From Candidatus Woesearchaeota archaeon (GTDB lineage: Archaea; Nanobdellota; Nanobdellia; Pacearchaeales; GW2011-AR1): a DNA stretch of 64,000 nucleotides. The notes beneath the pieces are model-generated. The model ran no database searches, was not told the origin of the DNA, and worked only from the letters and a program-made list of their open reading frames with translations. Positions within the stretch are counted from its first letter, which is position 1, and each line of letters starts with the position of its first letter. The position numbers and the translations under genes were made by a program. The DNA lies in NCBI GenBank assembly GCA_964372205.1, contig CAYJQB010000001.1:141180-205179 (forward strand), read 5' to 3'. Below are positions 40,196 through 50,407 of this stretch, one piece after another.

Positions 40196-42772
40196 TTACC
40201 ATTTCACCTTTTTGAAGGCATAACTTATCTGTTCTCCCTTCCAGCCAGCCTTCTTAAGATGAGCTCTTATTTTAAGGCCGTTCAATCCTTTCTCTTTAGC
40301 ATTTCTGACAAAATTTGTAATATTGAAAAGGTCAACTCTTTTAGGAAACAGCTTGTTTTCATAATGCCTCTTATACCACAATCGCCCCAAAACGAAGGCT
40401 AATATCCCTCCAAGAACAATTACAATTATTACAAAAACAGCAGCCCCATAAGGTCGGCAGTCAGTCGGGCAGTTATTCCTATTCTCACCTCTATCTTCCT
40501 CACATACTCTATCGAAATCACATGAAATAATAGGCTCATAACCACCAAAAGTGTCTGTGAACGGAGATACGTAAGTTGCAAGGTCATTAGGTTTCACAGA
40601 GCCGGATATTGCAAACTCAATGCTACTCAACCCAGATGCTGGAATTTTTGTAGCGCCCAATACATCTTCCTGCCCGTAATCTCTTGTAAATGTTATCTGG
40701 TCTATAGGGAAGTCGATAATCAAGAAAGTATTGCTCAAGCTCCCTTTTGGAGTTATTTGCATATGAAATTTTGTGAGTACTGGCTCATTACCATTGTCAT
40801 ATTTTGCAAACACTTCCTCAAAATTTATTGTAGCAGCAACGTTTGCACTCATCCAGGTGATTATATCGTTTTTTAAGGAATCTCTTGCATCAGCGCCAGT
40901 CACATTAGCATTGCTCAATGCAGATATATATTCAACATCCAGCGAGTTCAATCCGATTTCAATTGGAACAGTTCCTCTAATGCTTGAATTGACTCCTGAA
41001 GGAACATCAAGCTCCATCAAGTCAAGCATTATATCTTCAAACTGTTCATCCGTAGTCGAGTTCTTGAATCTGCTGTCCAAATTTTTTACATTTGTATCTA
41101 ACGAATCCAACTGAATCAAATCCTTAATTTCAGTTTGAATCCATAAGGGGTAAGCATTCAAACTATCTTTAGTAAGCTGTATTTCTTTTTTGTAATCCTC
41201 CAAAGTCATATTAGCAGATTCTCTTGCATCTCCAACAATTACCTTGAAAACGCTCGTAGCAGTCTGTCTATTGATATCAGTGATTGTAACGCTGACATTG
41301 AATTCTCCCTGTTCAGTGTAAGTGTAATCAAGAGTTTTAGAATTTGAAGTCTTTATGTTCCCGTCCCCAAAATTCCATCTTACATTAGTTACATTCCTAA
41401 AAGTAATAACACTGAATGTCGCTTTTTTTCCAAATGAAACAAACTTGGGAGAGATATCAAAACCGAATCCTCCGGAAATATTTATGTCCACATTTATCAA
41501 AGATTCATCATCAATCATTAACTCAATATAGTCTGCTTCACTTCCTCTTGGTATGACAAATCCAGCCTTTTCAATATCCAACTCTAATTCATCTGTTGAA
41601 AGCGTAGACGGCGTGATAGAAACATCATATAAATTATTATTCTCTAAAGTTCCTGACCCAGATGCCTGATATTTGACGGATACCTCACTAATAGTCAAAA
41701 TCTGATTAGCTCCTATGAATTCAATTGGAACAATACACTTCGGATTGCAAGAATTTCCGTAATTCTCTTGAATATACCTCTCAACATCGTTCAATAAGTT
41801 TTCATTGGTTAATGAGTTATATTTTTGCGGATCAATAGAAATATCTGTGCTTCCGTACATGAGGTTTTTTGCAAAGATTTCATAATCTATTGAGTTGCTT
41901 CCAGCTCCAGGATTATTCGTCCCACAGGGTTCAACAAATTCCACTCTTATCTTGTAGTCAGAAGTATCTGTAGCGCTTATACATGCATAATAATCTCTGT
42001 TGACTGCTGAAGAGAACTCAACTACACACTCTAAATCTTGTGTTGACGAAGAGTGCCTTGGAAGGGTACAACTTCCAAGAGGATATCCTTCCATATCAAT
42101 AAGACTCATATTCAGCCGTGCATTTCCAGAAGTGCCGTTGATAACTCTCGCTCCAAGCTTGAAAGCAGGTCCTTCAGGAAGAGTCATCTTCTCACAGAAC
42201 TTATTAGGAAAAACAGGAATTTGAGTTTCTTGATAATCAGAGTTCTCAAGATAATCTTCAAAACATCCGTATTTAGTAGAAAAACATTGCGTATCTAAAT
42301 AAGCGCCTCCAGAGATAAGGTCAAGCCCATCTCCAAGAACATCAATCTTTACAGGACTTGTACAACTTGAGCTTTTATCACTTCTAATTCTAAACTTAAG
42401 GTTTTCCATTTGCGCAAAAGGATTTCCTTGGACTTTAAATCCAACCAGGCTTTCATCAACGGAGAGTTCAAAGGAGTTTGCTATCTCTCCTTCCTGGAAT
42501 CCAGGAATACATCCTGTTCTGCTACAAGTGAATCCAGAACCTTCAGAATAGTTATTAGATTCCAAAAGATCCTTTAGAGTTATTTCTCCATCAAAGTTGC
42601 TAGAAACAAGGGCATCAACAGAAATATCTTCCAGAGTAATATTTATTGTCCCAGATATCATATCCCCTCCAGCATAATTCCTTACAAGGTTCTCACTCTG
42701 CAACTCAACTCCTGCAATCACAATGCTTGCAAGGATAATCGTGCACAAAACAAGTCCAACAAATCTTCGCAT
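40196..42772 (-). CDS. large cell-surface PKD-domain protein with C-terminal TM
   Basis: Signal peptide, Cys pairs, WNFGDG PKD motif, CDFDRVCE..CPTDC module, TM, cytoplasmic LKKAGW tail. Confidence 0.85.
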   Translation of the reverse strand: MRRFVGLVLCTIILASIVIAGVELQSENLVRNYAGGDMISGTINITLEDISVDALVSSNFDGEITLKDLLESNNYSEGSGFTCSRTGCIPGFQEGEIANSFELSVDESLVGFKVQGNPFAQMENLKFRIRSDKSSSCTSPVKIDVLGDGLDLISGGAYLDTQCFSTKYGCFEDYLENSDYQETQIPVFPNKFCEKMTLPEGPAFKLGARVINGTSGNARLNMSLIDMEGYPLGSCTLPRHSSSTQDLECVVEFSSAVNRDYYACISATDTSDYKIRVEFVEPCGTNNPGAGSNSIDYEIFAKNLMYGSTDISIDPQKYNSLTNENLLNDVERYIQENYGNSCNPKCIVPIEFIGANQILTISEVSVKYQASGSGTLENNNLYDVSITPSTLSTDELELDIEKAGFVIPRGSEADYIELMIDDESLINVDINISGGFGFDISPKFVSFGKKATFSVITFRNVTNVRWNFGDGNIKTSNSKTLDYTYTEQGEFNVSVTITDINRQTATSVFKVIVGDARESANMTLEDYKKEIQLTKDSLNAYPLWIQTEIKDLIQLDSLDTNVKNLDSRFKNSTTDEQFEDIMLDLMELDVPSGVNSSIRGTVPIEIGLNSLDVEYISALSNANVTGADARDSLKNDIITWMSANVAATINFEEVFAKYDNGNEPVLTKFHMQITPKGSLSNTFLIIDFPIDQITFTRDYGQEDVLGATKIPASGLSSIEFAISGSVKPNDLATYVSPFTDTFGGYEPIISCDFDRVCEEDRGENRNNCPTDCRPYGAAVFVIIVIVLGGILAFVLGRLWYKRHYENKLFPKRVDLFNITNFVRNAKEKGLNGLKIRAHLKKAGWKGEQISYAFKKVKW

Positions 42773-42773
42773 G

Positions 42774-45107
42774 CTATTCCTCTTTTTGTCTCATTAAAAA
42801 GTATATCATTACGACAATTATTCCTGCAACAATAAACTGATTGAAGTCAAAGAATCCTAAATCAACAGAGGGGGAACCGCAAAGAACGACTATAGATTCA
42901 TTCACACATAGAACATCATTAGGATTCCCAATTCCACTATATTCTGCAGTCACTTCAACATCTCTATATCCATCTATACACTCACCCATTTCGTAGGTGT
43001 ATATACAACTGTCGTCATCATCGTCTGAATGTCCAGTTCCAGAGCCAGTATAAGTTTTGTTGAAATAACATTGTTCATTATCTGTTCTCCAAGAACAACT
43101 ACACTCAACTATATCTCCATTGTAATAACTGCCACATTCAGGTTCTTCATTCCAGCCAGGAAGGTCCTCATCAAGGATGTTAGCAGCATCATTCACACAA
43201 TCATTTTGATTTTGATAATCCTGACAAAGTTCTATCTCAGTGTCTTCTCCGAGGCATCTGACTACTCCAGTGCCGTCATCAGCACAAACAAAATCATCTC
43301 TACAACAATCGTCTGCAGTTCTTGCTTGTCCATCAACTCCAACACAAGCTCTATTGACTGTTTGAGTATCTTGAGGGATTCCAGCTTTTCCATTATCATT
43401 CAATGGCAACCAGGAATTGCCTCCATCGACACACTGTCCTAAGTCAAATGTCCTTTCAGTTTCCTTTGTCAGAGAGAAGAAGCTATTTGCGAATTCATAC
43501 TTGAATATTATAATTCTCCTTCCTGCAAAATTATCTCCAAATAACTTGCTTCCAGAAACATAATCTCCTCCAGAGCCTGCATCAAAGTCTCCGTCTTCAA
43601 AATTCCATGTGAAGTTACTTTCAGTGGTGAATCCCTTATCTGGCGTGATGATTGGCAAATCGCTCAGAAGACAACCAACAGGGACGTTTTCTGTTCTATC
43701 AGGGCAATATCCTGCAACACAATTTACAGTTGGACAACCACTTCCGAAGCTGTTCACAACAAAACTATCACTTGCATTGTATTTTACCACAAGCCTAGGA
43801 TTATTATTAGGTCCAGATACTTGAGGCACTAGTTCAAGATGGAAAGGTTCATTGACATAAGCCATGATTCCAGGAGATGCTAAGACTACTATCCCTACTT
43901 GATCCTCATCATAAAGTCCTGTATTTATATCACTTACCTTTAATGTAACTGTTTTCTGTCCAGTTGTTGCAAAGGTATATTCAAAAGTCTCCAGGTTGCT
44001 TGTAAAATCATCTTCCTCTATCGTCCACTCAAATTCTAAATGTGATGTGTCATCAGTTCCAGGATCTTGCGTGAACCACACTCTAGTGTTCTGGAAATAA
44101 ACTCCCTTATGTTCCGGAGCAGTTATATTTGCTTTTGGAGGTTCTGGTGGTGCAGCTTCGCAATGTACATTTAATTTATAGCTTATCCTACTGCTCCCAG
44201 GTATGCTGGCATTAAAGAAAAATTCTAATCCTCCATTTTCACAATCAGTTCCGTCGTCTGCACTATCTATCAACTGCTGTGTCAATAGAAGGTTTGCTGT
44301 AGCAAGTCCATTGTTTATACTTCCCGTAAAGGTTCCTATATTATCATCTCCAGAGTCCTTTCTTCCATTGGCATTATCATCATCCCAAGCATCAAAATTG
44401 ACTGTCCCACTCCCAAGATTTGTTTGAGCAACCAAAGTCACAGTCTGATCAATGTATGCTTCTGTTATTCTCTGTCCGGACTTTCTCCACTCAACACTTG
44501 TTATATCTCCACTTTGCTGACAATCTCCGCATAGTTGGTCTTCTCCTACCTCACATATTCCATCATTATCACAAGTTCCACTTCCTCCAGCTGCCGCAGA
44601 ACTACAACACACTTTTGTAGGATATGTTCCTGGCTGTCCTAAATGAGAGTTAGTTCCTGCCCCCTGATACGAATCTGACAAAGTAACAATCTCTTTCTCA
44701 CCAGGCAAATTACAGCTGTATATTGTCGTTCTACAGACTAAATCTCCGTAACATACATAACTATATGCAGAATTTATACCATAAGGCCATTGTGCATGCG
44801 CATTATTCAAAGGATATCCATTGTTCTTTGCAAGTCTTATAACCGCGTTCTCTGGAACCCCATCCCCATTACCATCTATACAATTGTGAGGGTTAGCTCC
44901 AGTGTAAGACTCCCCGTATAGAGAATCATAACATATCTCAAAGCTATAAGGCACCGCTGTGAAGTTCCATTCAGCTCCATGAGAATTACTACTACTGAAC
45001 ATCCTGAAAAGAGTCTGCCCATCAACACAACTTGCTGCGAAAACACCTGAAGACAAGAAAGCTAAACTGACAGCAAAAAATACTCCTAAACCAAGCCACC
45101 TCTTCAT
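42774..45107 (-). CDS. large Cys-rich cell-surface protein with Ig/PKD-like domains
   Basis: Signal peptide, many Cys, WNFEDG, YTFATTG, C-terminal TM. Confidence 0.85.
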   Translation of the reverse strand: MKRWLGLGVFFAVSLAFLSSGVFAASCVDGQTLFRMFSSSNSHGAEWNFTAVPYSFEICYDSLYGESYTGANPHNCIDGNGDGVPENAVIRLAKNNGYPLNNAHAQWPYGINSAYSYVCYGDLVCRTTIYSCNLPGEKEIVTLSDSYQGAGTNSHLGQPGTYPTKVCCSSAAAGGSGTCDNDGICEVGEDQLCGDCQQSGDITSVEWRKSGQRITEAYIDQTVTLVAQTNLGSGTVNFDAWDDDNANGRKDSGDDNIGTFTGSINNGLATANLLLTQQLIDSADDGTDCENGGLEFFFNASIPGSSRISYKLNVHCEAAPPEPPKANITAPEHKGVYFQNTRVWFTQDPGTDDTSHLEFEWTIEEDDFTSNLETFEYTFATTGQKTVTLKVSDINTGLYDEDQVGIVVLASPGIMAYVNEPFHLELVPQVSGPNNNPRLVVKYNASDSFVVNSFGSGCPTVNCVAGYCPDRTENVPVGCLLSDLPIITPDKGFTTESNFTWNFEDGDFDAGSGGDYVSGSKLFGDNFAGRRIIIFKYEFANSFFSLTKETERTFDLGQCVDGGNSWLPLNDNGKAGIPQDTQTVNRACVGVDGQARTADDCCRDDFVCADDGTGVVRCLGEDTEIELCQDYQNQNDCVNDAANILDEDLPGWNEEPECGSYYNGDIVECSCSWRTDNEQCYFNKTYTGSGTGHSDDDDDSCIYTYEMGECIDGYRDVEVTAEYSGIGNPNDVLCVNESIVVLCGSPSVDLGFFDFNQFIVAGIIVVMIYFLMRQKEE

Positions 45108-45154
45108 GAAGTTTTTAGTTTATCCATCTTTATAAATATTGCCGGGAATTCGCT

Positions 45155-46573
45155 TTAACCCTTAACGACAGCAAGAGGTTTTAGTCTTACAACAAGTTTT
45201 CCAATACCCAGCTCATCACTCACTTTTACAACTTCATTCACATCTTTATAGGCTTCAGGAGCTTCCTCAAGAATCCCTTTCATGCTCCCTGCTTCAGTAT
45301 AAATGTCTCTATCAGCTAAGTCTTTTTTGATACTCTCGAGGTTTAAGTTCTTTATAGCATAACTTCTCGAAAGAACTCTCCCAGCTCCATGAGCTGTACT
45401 TGCAAAACTAATCTTTGAAGCTTCATTAGTTCCGCAAAGAACATAAGAATAAGTCCCCATACTTCCCGGTATAAATATTGGCTGTCCAACTTTTCTATAC
45501 ATTGCCGGAAGTTCCTTTCTACCCTTTCCAAAACTCCTAGTAGCACCCTTCCTATGTATGCATAGTTCTTTCTTCTTCCCATCAATCTCAAAAGTTTCAA
45601 ATTTTGCAATATTATGGGCTACATCATACACCAATTCCAGATTACTTTTTGGAAAATACTTCTTGAACGCATTTCTTATCTGGTACATTATCAATGTCCT
45701 ATTCACAAAAGCAAAATTAGCAGCAGCTCTCATCGCTCCTAAATAGTCCCTACCTAATTTGCTGTTTATTGGAGCACATGCAAGCTCTCTATCAGGGAGT
45801 TGTTTAAACCCATACTCTTTTTCCATATCTCTTATGTAGTCTGATGCAGTCTGATGTCCAAGCCCCCTGCTCCCAGAATGTATCAGTACACATATCTGTC
45901 CCTTCTTTTTCAATCCAAAAGCCTTCGCAGTTTTTTCATCATATATTTCATCAATCTCCTGTATCTCAAGAAAATGGTTTCCAGCTCCTAGTGTACCTAG
46001 TTGATTTCTTCCCCTTCCTTTCGCCTTTGCACTTACTTTTTCAGGCTCTGCCCCAAGAATACATCCTCCATCTTCACACTTTTCAGCATCTTCTTTCATA
46101 GCATAACCATTTTCAACAGCCCAAACAACACCACGTTTCATCACATCATCAAGTTCTTTCTCCTTAAAACTAAACTCTCCTTTCACACCAACTCCTGAAG
46201 GCACGTCTCTCTTTATTTGATGAGTTATCTCCTTTCTTTTTTTAAGAAACTCTTCCTTTGTCAAATTAGAAGCAAGAAGTCTAACTCCGCAATTTATATC
46301 GTAACCAATTCCTCCAGGAGAGACGATTCCTTTCTGAATATCAAAAGCAGCAACACCTCCAACAGAAAATCCATACCCTTGATGAGCATCCGGCATAGCA
46401 AGTGAATATCCAACAATTCCAGGTAGTTGAGCAACATTTCTTAATTGTTCAAGAGTCTTATCTTCCTTTATCTTCTCAATAAGCTTCTCAGAGGCGAATA
46501 CTCTTCCAGGAACTAGCATTTTTCCTTCTTTTTTCAACTCGTAAACATTCTCAGATATCTTCTTTATTTCCAT
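45155..46573 (-). CDS. rtcB: RNA-splicing ligase RtcB
   Basis: MPDAHQGYG, GYDINCG, GNHFLE, HSGSRG, HRKGATR, HGAGR; ATG 46573 preferred. Confidence 0.97.
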   Translation of the reverse strand: MEIKKISENVYELKKEGKMLVPGRVFASEKLIEKIKEDKTLEQLRNVAQLPGIVGYSLAMPDAHQGYGFSVGGVAAFDIQKGIVSPGGIGYDINCGVRLLASNLTKEEFLKKRKEITHQIKRDVPSGVGVKGEFSFKEKELDDVMKRGVVWAVENGYAMKEDAEKCEDGGCILGAEPEKVSAKAKGRGRNQLGTLGAGNHFLEIQEIDEIYDEKTAKAFGLKKKGQICVLIHSGSRGLGHQTASDYIRDMEKEYGFKQLPDRELACAPINSKLGRDYLGAMRAAANFAFVNRTLIMYQIRNAFKKYFPKSNLELVYDVAHNIAKFETFEIDGKKKELCIHRKGATRSFGKGRKELPAMYRKVGQPIFIPGSMGTYSYVLCGTNEASKISFASTAHGAGRVLSRSYAIKNLNLESIKKDLADRDIYTEAGSMKGILEEAPEAYKDVNEVVKVSDELGIGKLVVRLKPLAVVKG

Positions 46574-46611
46574 ACAGAGAAAGGTCAAAACAGGTTTATT
46601 AATGTTTCAAA

Positions 46612-47486
46612 TCAATTAAACTTCCGCCTCAAATGAGGAGGTTTATTCTTTTCATGTCTAACAATAAGAAATATAACAATCACCAATACAATAAACCCTC
46701 CCACAAAGAGATACCAATAATCTTTCACAAAACCATAAGCCGAACCAACTACCCTAGTATCCCTTTCTCCGATTATTTTTCCCAATCCTTCATCATCTTC
46801 TGAATTAGTATCACTAGGTTCAGCATCAGAAATTTTTTCGTGTATAGAACTTATTAATATACTTGCATAGCCCCCTGTGATATTTAGTAATGTGACTGAA
46901 AGGTCATAAAAGTTATCATTATTAACTTCAAATATACCTGACTCACCAATTATCAGTATTTTCTGCTGTGGCTTAGAGGATACATTGATTGTTACATTTA
47001 AATCTGTAAGTTCTATAATTCCAATATGATGTGTTTCTCCACTAACATTTAGCCTTATTCTTTGTCTCTTTTTCAGTGTTTTTTCTATTAATCCTATCTC
47101 TTCAAATGGTTTGTCGTCTTCTGCAAAAGTACCTCCTGTCCAAAAATCAGAATTCCCAGAACCTCCTCCGCCACCACCTCCAGTGTCTCCGTCTCCATCA
47201 CCTGTTGCCCCACAATAAGTTTGAATGTCTGTTGTAGAGTCAATTGTAATCAAAAATATGTCTGAGGGACTGCTTTCGTCATTACCACAAGTAATTCCAT
47301 TAATCGTAATGTTTGTATTATAAACTCCTATTTCATCAGCATCAATAAAAGTAAAATCAAAAGTTAAAGTAGTGTTAGAACCAGTAGCGGTTAAATTTGT
47401 ATATTGATTTATCCTAACAGCAGAAGCCACAGGTAAGACTAAAAAAATCAGTAAAATACTAATTAAAATTTTTTTTTTAAATCCAT
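46612..47486 (-). CDS. surface protein with C-terminal TM; signal peptide out of frame at an A10 tract
   Basis: ORF 46612..47430; one extra A in 47469-47478 would give MDLKKKILISILLIFLVLPVASA from ATG 47486. Confidence 0.6.
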
Positions 47487-48796
47487 GTTATCCCAACAAT
47501 CCCAGTAGCAGTTCCATTATATATGAAAATATTATCAGTATCGTTTATCCAATACATATCTCCTTCTCTCTTGCTTAATGATTGATAAGTCGCATTTGTG
47601 ACATGAGGTAGGGAGAAGAATCCTATTCTATCTCTATATGGAGAATTTGCAGTCTGTTGATTATACTTGCTCAAGGAGTAACTATTGGATGAACCTATAA
47701 CTAAAGGAGTGTTAGGATTATCTATTCTTACGTCAATATCCCAAGCAGTTCCTCCACCAGTAGAAGATGTCTTAAAAATATTCCCATAATATTTCTTTTC
47801 ATCTGAAGCTGATTGAGGATGTATGTAAGCTCCTGTTGCGTTTGCTCCTCCAGATGAAGTAACCTCAAATAGATTACCTATCACGCTAGAGCCATGATTA
47901 GATAAGAATGTCCCAGAATCGTGAATACCTCTAACATTTGCTCCTCCAGTTCCAATCGCATAAATATGGTTAGAAATTATAGTAGTTTCTCCAGTTCCAA
48001 ATATACCTATTCCTGCATTTGGATTTGTTGAAAATGAAGTGTTTGTTTGAAGGAAAATATTGTTTGCAATTATGTCCCCCCTTCCTTCCGCTGTATGTCC
48101 TTCTTTTCTAATCCCAATAGTAATCTGAGTTCCAGCAGTTCGGTTCATGATAATATCATTTCCCGTGATAAACATAGACTTTTCTCCTGAACCACCAAAT
48201 GAAATTCCACAAGCTGCCTGCGACGAAATAGTATCTATCTGAATCCTATTGTCAGATACTATGGTATTTGAAGAATAGACTAGATTTGGAATGTATAATC
48301 CCATTAAAGTAGCTTTAATATTTGAGTCCTGTAATCTGAACCTATCAAGCTTTGCGGAAGCATTAATTGCGATAGATTCATTACCCGTAGCAAAAATAGA
48401 ACAATCCCTTATGGATGAATTTGAGTAAACTGTTATGAAAACAGAAGCAGTGTTATTTTGGATTGTTGTCGAATCTACCCCTGAACATTTTAAATCGACA
48501 TTCGCTGGAAGCTCCAAGTGTGACTCATTGTAAATTCCAGGAGCAACAAATATAGTCTGTCCTGGAGAAACCGCAGAGATAGCAGCAGATACGCTAGGAT
48601 AATTTCCAAATCCATGAGAATTAACAACAAGGACATCATTAGAAATAGTATTCAAAAAGAGATTTCCACTTATATTAATACTGTCTGTGAAAGAACTTGC
48701 CGAGTTGCTTATAGTCGTGGCATAACTAACCGCTAAGAATCCAATTACGAAAATAAAACCCCAGAGGGTTAGGTAAAATCCTTTACTTTTTTTCAT
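47477..48796 (-). CDS. secreted right-handed parallel beta-helix (pectin-lyase-like) protein
   Basis: Signal peptide; YPSVSAAI..GQTIFVAPGIYNE; repeated I.xN.I strands rich in Gly/Asn/Ser/Thr. Confidence 0.8.
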   Translation of the reverse strand: MKKSKGFYLTLWGFIFVIGFLAVSYATTISNSASSFTDSINISGNLFLNTISNDVLVVNSHGFGNYPSVSAAISAVSPGQTIFVAPGIYNESHLELPANVDLKCSGVDSTTIQNNTASVFITVYSNSSIRDCSIFATGNESIAINASAKLDRFRLQDSNIKATLMGLYIPNLVYSSNTIVSDNRIQIDTISSQAACGISFGGSGEKSMFITGNDIIMNRTAGTQITIGIRKEGHTAEGRGDIIANNIFLQTNTSFSTNPNAGIGIFGTGETTIISNHIYAIGTGGANVRGIHDSGTFLSNHGSSVIGNLFEVTSSGGANATGAYIHPQSASDEKKYYGNIFKTSSTGGGTAWDIDVRIDNPNTPLVIGSSNSYSLSKYNQQTANSPYRDRIGFFSLPHVTNATYQSLSKREGDMYWINDTDNIFIYNGTATGIVGITWI

Positions 48797-48860
48797 AATT
48801 ATATCAACATTTTTATCTTTTATATATATCTTCCTTTCAGACTATTTTTCCCAATTATTC

Positions 48861-49271
48861 TCAAACATCCAGCACAAAAACAGCTTCCCAGGAATCTTTA
48901 TTTTTCTTCACGTACATTTCAGAATAAGTAGGAGCTTTCACATGGTCAAGATAGGGATAATTAGAGGTTTTATCTCCTTGCAGTTCAGCTTCCAGTTTAT
49001 TATCTCTTAATTTCACTTTTGCTTTTGAAACAATAAATCCTTTCGCATCACTCAAATAAATAAGCTCGTCAATGAAATTGTAGAGTAATGATTCACTATC
49101 TTCTCCCTCAATTTTTATTTTGACTTTCTTTAAAGGTTTTATTTTTTCCCCTCTAGAAACAAAATTAGAGAATGCTAAAGCAGAATTCTCAAATATCTTC
49201 TCAAGGCTCATCCCCCTGATTTTGAACTTCACTTCAGAAGTATGCTCCAGCATTTCTATGTCTTTATTCAT
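48861..49271 (-). CDS. archease
   Basis: LEHTSEV, FENSA, VKAPTYS, FVLDV; ATG 49271 overlaps the upstream stop. Confidence 0.9.
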   Translation of the reverse strand: MNKDIEMLEHTSEVKFKIRGMSLEKIFENSALAFSNFVSRGEKIKPLKKVKIKIEGEDSESLLYNFIDELIYLSDAKGFIVSKAKVKLRDNKLEAELQGDKTSNYPYLDHVKAPTYSEMYVKKNKDSWEAVFVLDV

Positions 49272-49672
49272 TGTGCATTTTTCCACATGAAAAGTCTTAT
49301 CTTTTTTGGAGAATATCCTAAATAAGAAATATCAGAACTTATAACTCTCTCTTGCGCAAAAACCTCTCCAGAAACGTAATTTTCCATACCACATACTTCG
49401 TTGACTTCGCATATTGTGAAAGTGTGGTTAAACGTTCCAGCAGGTATTCTTTTTTCCAAAAAGCGTTCTATCTTTTCTCCATCATCGCTTAGAACAGCCT
49501 TTCTCAATTCGGTGTTCCTAGACATTTCTTCTAATATATCTCTTCCAAGCTCGTCATAGTCAAGTCCGCTAAAATCCGGTCTTGTTTCCACAAAAAGAAA
49601 ATATATGACTCCTATAAGTAGCATAATAGACACACTAGCTTCAATTATTCTTATAATTCCTTTCGAGTTCAT
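49268..49672 (-). CDS. minor pilin-like protein
   Basis: MNSKG/IIRIIEASVSIMLL class III-like signal. Confidence 0.7.
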   Translation of the reverse strand: MNSKGIIRIIEASVSIMLLIGVIYFLFVETRPDFSGLDYDELGRDILEEMSRNTELRKAVLSDDGEKIERFLEKRIPAGTFNHTFTICEVNEVCGMENYVSGEVFAQERVISSDISYLGYSPKKIRLFMWKNAQ

Positions 49673-49673
49673 T

Positions 49674-50366
49674 TTACCAAACTTTAACAGTAAGATCTGA
49701 AAAAACAGATTCTCCGTCAACATTAATAGATTCTTTTCTTTCTGATTCGCTCCAAACTTCTAAGTCTGCAGGTATTTCCATCTCAGAAATAAAACTACTC
49801 CCTTCCAATATATTGAATGAAAATCCAAACTCAACCCTCCCGGGAAGATTAAATTCTTCTTTCACAGAACTATAAGATTCGTAATAGCTATTGTTAAGTT
49901 CCAATGCAGCTGCCTCACTCCATACTTCTTTTGTATCAGAGCTCGATACAGTAAATTGCCCCTCTTCTAGATTTGTTCCTTGAGAAACGCTTCCAGCATT
50001 ATAAGTTTTTGAAAATTTAACAACAATAAATTTTTCAGAGCCCCTATCTATTACTGCATATCCTCCTTCATACTTAGACGGAAGAAAGTCTCCTGCATTG
50101 TTTTCAGCTCTGACGTTGTATCCTTTAGGATTTTCTAAAGGAATTCCTACAACTCCCTCATTTACCTGATTATCGATGACTACAGAGTAAGTTATCAGTT
50201 CAACACTTATGTTTTGAGATATTTCATCCATAGCATAATCTATTGAAGATTCAACAACCCTATCAACATCCAAAGGATTGAAAAAGTATAACGCGAAGAC
50301 TAAAAATCCCATAAAAAGCACAAAAGCCAGAATGACTTCAACATGCCCCATCCCTCTTTTTTCCAT
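49674..50366 (-). CDS. minor pilin-like protein
   Basis: MEKRG/MGHVEVILAFVLF; ends LTVKVW. Confidence 0.7.
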   Translation of the reverse strand: MEKRGMGHVEVILAFVLFMGFLVFALYFFNPLDVDRVVESSIDYAMDEISQNISVELITYSVVIDNQVNEGVVGIPLENPKGYNVRAENNAGDFLPSKYEGGYAVIDRGSEKFIVVKFSKTYNAGSVSQGTNLEEGQFTVSSSDTKEVWSEAAALELNNSYYESYSSVKEEFNLPGRVEFGFSFNILEGSSFISEMEIPADLEVWSESERKESINVDGESVFSDLTVKVW

Positions 50367-50407
50367 TATCGATAAAACGTAATATTATTTAAATACCTTG
50401 CCTATAA

